From contig JBEIPA010000027.1 in assembly GCA_040377305.1 (NCBI GenBank), positions 1 through 64,000 of the forward strand: DNA of 64,000 nucleotides, in the 5' to 3' direction. This document shows, in pieces, positions 60,809 through 64,000 of the stretch (position 1 is the stretch's first letter; each line of letters begins with the position of its first letter). Source of the DNA: Flavobacteriales bacterium. Its GTDB lineage: Bacteria; Bacteroidota; Bacteroidia; Palsa-965. Position numbers and translations under genes: made by a program. The notes below the pieces were generated by a model, which ran no database searches, had not been told where the DNA came from, and was given only the letters and a program-made list of their open reading frames with translations.

Positions 60809-61423
60809 ATGCATATTGCAATTGCCGGAAATATCGGATCCGGTAAAACCACGCTTACAACCCTTCTCTCCAAGCATTACGGTTGGCAGGCTTTGTATGA
60901 AGACGCGGATGAGAATCCTTACCTGAGCGATTTTTACGAAGACATGCAACGTTGGTCATTCAACCTGCAGATTTACTTCCTGAATAGCCGCTTCGCGCAA
61001 GTGCAGGAAATCCGCAACAACGGAAAGAGCGTTGTGCAAGACAGAACTATTTTCGAAGACGCGCATATTTTCGCACCGAACCTGCACGCTATGGGTTTGA
61101 TGACGACGCGTGATTTCGAAAACTATTTTTCGCTTTTCCGTTTGATGGACTCGCTCGTGAAGGCACCTGATCTAATTATCTACCTGCGTGCATCTGTTCC
61201 TATTCTCGTTCAGAATATTCAGAAACGTGGACGTGATTACGAGAACGCAATCCGTATTGATTATCTCAAGCGTTTGAACGAACGTTATGAAGCGTGGATA
61301 TCAACGTATGATGCCGGCAAGCTGCTGATCATTGATGTGGATGAGAATAAATTCCACGAAGACCCGGAACATCTCGGAAAGATTATTCAGAAGATTGATT
61401 CGAATATTAACGGGTTGTTTTAG
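60809..61423 (+). CDS. Deoxynucleoside kinase
   Basis: IAGNIGSGKTT, LQIYFLNSR, QDRTIFED, IQKRGRDYE. Confidence 0.93.
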   Translation: MHIAIAGNIGSGKTTLTTLLSKHYGWQALYEDADENPYLSDFYEDMQRWSFNLQIYFLNSRFAQVQEIRNNGKSVVQDRTIFEDAHIFAPNLHAMGLMTTRDFENYFSLFRLMDSLVKAPDLIIYLRASVPILVQNIQKRGRDYENAIRIDYLKRLNERYEAWISTYDAGKLLIIDVDENKFHEDPEHLGKIIQKIDSNINGLF

Positions 61424-61523
61424 TCAGTCCTCGGTATAGCGGTAACAGTTAGACAAGCTGCTCCGCAGATTTTCAAGCTTACTCGGACTGACAAGCACAA
61501 CGTCTACAATAAATTCCGATACA

Positions 61524-61562
61524 AAATAAAAATCCCGACTCACTGAGCCGGGATTTTTATTT
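61524..61562. terminator. Bidirectional terminator
   Basis: aaataaaaatcccg...cgggatttttattt between convergent genes. Confidence 0.8.
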
Positions 61563-61577
61563 ATGAATTCTTGTTCC

Positions 61578-63977
61578 TTAGTGAGCGTGATCACTGCAAC
61601 CATGCCCGGAAGCATCAGCAGTTTTGCATTTGCCTTCACACTTGCCATCAGCACCCATTACACAAATACCAGCGTGAGAAACGCATTCTGCTTTCTGTTC
61701 TGCAGTGCACCCCTTCTCGTCGCATTTCTTTGCGCACGCTTCTTTTGTCATGTGTGCGCATGCGGTCATATCGCAAGTGCCTGCTTTGTCTTTGCAGCAC
61801 GATGGAGCACCAGCAACACATTCTGTTGCGCAATTCGGATCTGCGCTCGCTGTAGCCATGCGGTCTATACCAACGATGTACGGAGCGATTACCAGTGATA
61901 CGATTGACATCAACTTGATGAGGATGTTCATTGAAGGACCAGAAGTGTCTTTGAATGGATCACCAACTGTGTCACCTGTAACAGATGCTTTGTGCGGCTC
62001 AGACTTCTTGTAGAACATCTCACCGTTGATCATTACACCTTTTTCGAATGACTTCTTCGCGTTGTCCCATGCACCACCTGCGTTCGACTGGAAGATTCCC
62101 ATCAATACGCCGGATACGGTTACACCTGCAAGAAGACCACCGAGAACCTCAGGACCCATTGCGAATCCAACGATAACCGGAGTAAGCAGAGCGATTGCTC
62201 CCGGCATCATCATCTCGCGAATAGAAGCCTTTGTAGAAATTGCAACGCACTTCTCGTATTCAGGCTTCGCTTTGTATTCCATGATACCCGGAATCTCGCG
62301 GAACTGACGACGAACTTCCTGCACCATATCCATTGCCGCTTTACCAACCGCCTGGATACACAATGCTGAGAAGATGAATGGAATCATTCCACCAACAAAC
62401 AATCCTGCAAGTACAGGCGCTTTGTAAATGTCAATTGCATCGATACCTGCGATACCCACGAACGCTGCGAAGAGCGCAAGTGATGTCAAAGCTGCAGAAG
62501 CGATTGCGAAACCTTTTCCTGTTGCTGCTGTTGTGTTACCAACTGCATCGAGGTTATCTGTACGCTCACGAACTTCCGGAGGAAGCTGACTCATTTCTGC
62601 AATACCACCTGCGTTATCTGCGATAGGACCGAAAGCATCGATAGCCAACTGCATTGCTGTAGTTGCCATCATACCTGCTGCTGCAATTGCAACACCGTAC
62701 AGGCCTGCACAGTAATAAGAAGCGACGATACCACCAGCCAGAGTAAGGATTGGAATAACAGTTGATTTCATCCCAACTGAAAGTCCACCGATAATGTTAG
62801 TAGCGTGACCCGTAGATGATTGCTGAATAATTGACAACACAGGTTTCTTGCCCATTGCTGTGTAGTATTCAGTAACGATACTCATGATTGCACCAACGAT
62901 AGTTCCAACGAGGATTGCCATGAATACGCCCATCTTCGTGAATGTAGTATTGCGAAGGACGATATCACCTTCCGGCAACATCCACATTACAATAAAGTAA
63001 GATGCGATAACTGTGAGTGCCATCGATGCCCAGTTGCCCAGGTTCAGTGCGTTCTGCACGTTTGATTTTTCGTCTTTAATTGTAACGAACCATGTTCCAA
63101 CAATTGAGAATACGATTCCAAGACCGCAGATCACCATTGGAAGAAGGATAGGAGACATGCCACCGAAATTATCTGTGAGCACGATCTCTTGTCCAAGAAC
63201 CATTGTAGCAAGGATGGTTGCAACATAAGAACCGAAAAGATCGGCACCCATTCCAGCAACGTCACCTACGTTATCACCTACGTTATCGGCGATAGTTGCA
63301 GGGTTACGTACGTCGTCTTCAGGAATTCCTGCTTCCACTTTACCTACAAGATCAGCACCAACGTCAGCAGCTTTGGTATAGATACCACCGCCTACGCGAG
63401 CAAACAATGCGATTGATTCAGCACCGAGAGAGAAACCAGTAAGTACTTCGATTGAAGTTTTCACTGTGTCAGCTCCGAGGTCGTTGAAGTATGCAAGGAA
63501 CACGATGAATAATCCACCGAGTCCGAGAACTGCAAGACCAGCAACACCAAGACCCATTACTGTTCCACCAGTGAATGATACTTTAAGTGCTTGCTTAAGA
63601 CTTGTACGAGCTGCTTGTGTTGTGCGGACGTTTGCTTTAGTTGCCACTTTCATTCCGATGTATCCTGCAGTTGCAGAGAATACAGCACCGATAATGAAAG
63701 AGATGGAAATGATCCAGCTGGAGTGAATAGGTTTTCCATTCACTTCGTGGATTGTTCCTGAATAGGCGAGGAGAGCTGCTGCGAACAAAACGAAAATGCT
63801 GAGCACTTTCCATTCTGCTTTCAGGAATGCCATTGCGCCGTCGGCAATGTATCCTGCGAGTTCCTGCATATTTTTATCGCCAGCATCTTGTTTGCTAACC
63901 CAAGCCGACTTGATTGCCATTACGAGCAATCCTAATACGCCCAGAGCGGGTACGAGGTAGATAACGTAATCGTTCAT
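61578..63977 (-). CDS. hppA: K+-dependent membrane pyrophosphatase (sodium-translocating type) with Cys-rich C-terminal tail
   Basis: GGIYTKAADVGADLVGKVE, DNVGDNVGD, GNTTAA (Ala = K+-dependent class), GDTVGDPFKDTSGP. Confidence 0.93.
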   Translation of the reverse strand: MNDYVIYLVPALGVLGLLVMAIKSAWVSKQDAGDKNMQELAGYIADGAMAFLKAEWKVLSIFVLFAAALLAYSGTIHEVNGKPIHSSWIISISFIIGAVFSATAGYIGMKVATKANVRTTQAARTSLKQALKVSFTGGTVMGLGVAGLAVLGLGGLFIVFLAYFNDLGADTVKTSIEVLTGFSLGAESIALFARVGGGIYTKAADVGADLVGKVEAGIPEDDVRNPATIADNVGDNVGDVAGMGADLFGSYVATILATMVLGQEIVLTDNFGGMSPILLPMVICGLGIVFSIVGTWFVTIKDEKSNVQNALNLGNWASMALTVIASYFIVMWMLPEGDIVLRNTTFTKMGVFMAILVGTIVGAIMSIVTEYYTAMGKKPVLSIIQQSSTGHATNIIGGLSVGMKSTVIPILTLAGGIVASYYCAGLYGVAIAAAGMMATTAMQLAIDAFGPIADNAGGIAEMSQLPPEVRERTDNLDAVGNTTAATGKGFAIASAALTSLALFAAFVGIAGIDAIDIYKAPVLAGLFVGGMIPFIFSALCIQAVGKAAMDMVQEVRRQFREIPGIMEYKAKPEYEKCVAISTKASIREMMMPGAIALLTPVIVGFAMGPEVLGGLLAGVTVSGVLMGIFQSNAGGAWDNAKKSFEKGVMINGEMFYKKSEPHKASVTGDTVGDPFKDTSGPSMNILIKLMSIVSLVIAPYIVGIDRMATASADPNCATECVAGAPSCCKDKAGTCDMTACAHMTKEACAKKCDEKGCTAEQKAECVSHAGICVMGADGKCEGKCKTADASGHGCSDHAH

Positions 63978-64000
63978 AATAGTTCTTAAGTGTTTATTTT

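Noticed and set aside
61423-61492. gtcagtcc/ggactgac inverted repeat after the kinase stop codon
   Set aside because: Only 8 bp around a long loop; could be chance, and a clear terminator lies just downstream.

Overview
A 64-kb chromosomal segment from a Bacteroidota bacterium. The assignment rests on T9SS C-terminal sorting domains, a PorV-family gene, TAnnTTTG -7 promoter elements, a short sigma-A and a stand-alone atpD-atpC pair. Housekeeping genes dominate: rpe, rpoD, pnp, rpsO, accD, fbaB, a TamA/BamA-like gene, pruA, comM, atpDC, ribF, ahcY, greA, ruvC, a deoxynucleoside kinase and a Na+-PPase. They are mixed with T9SS-secreted proteins and three TonB-dependent receptors. I found no rRNA, tRNA, CRISPR array, transposase or prophage. 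Strongest leads: (1) a ~65-nt structured 5' leader conserved, with compensatory changes, exactly 23 nt upstream of both tandem M43 metalloprotease genes, a candidate new cis-regulatory RNA; (2) a compact three-gene module of giant TonB-dependent receptor + 1371-aa T9SS cargo + its own PorV/PorQ-like barrel, with no SusD; (3) a TPP riboswitch carrying an extra stem-loop in J2/4; (4) a 14-Cys/5-His tail on the Na+-PPase; (5) an orphan flavin-dependent halogenase. There are also several intergenic palindromic repeat elements and an ABC permease split by a 1-nt homopolymer insertion.
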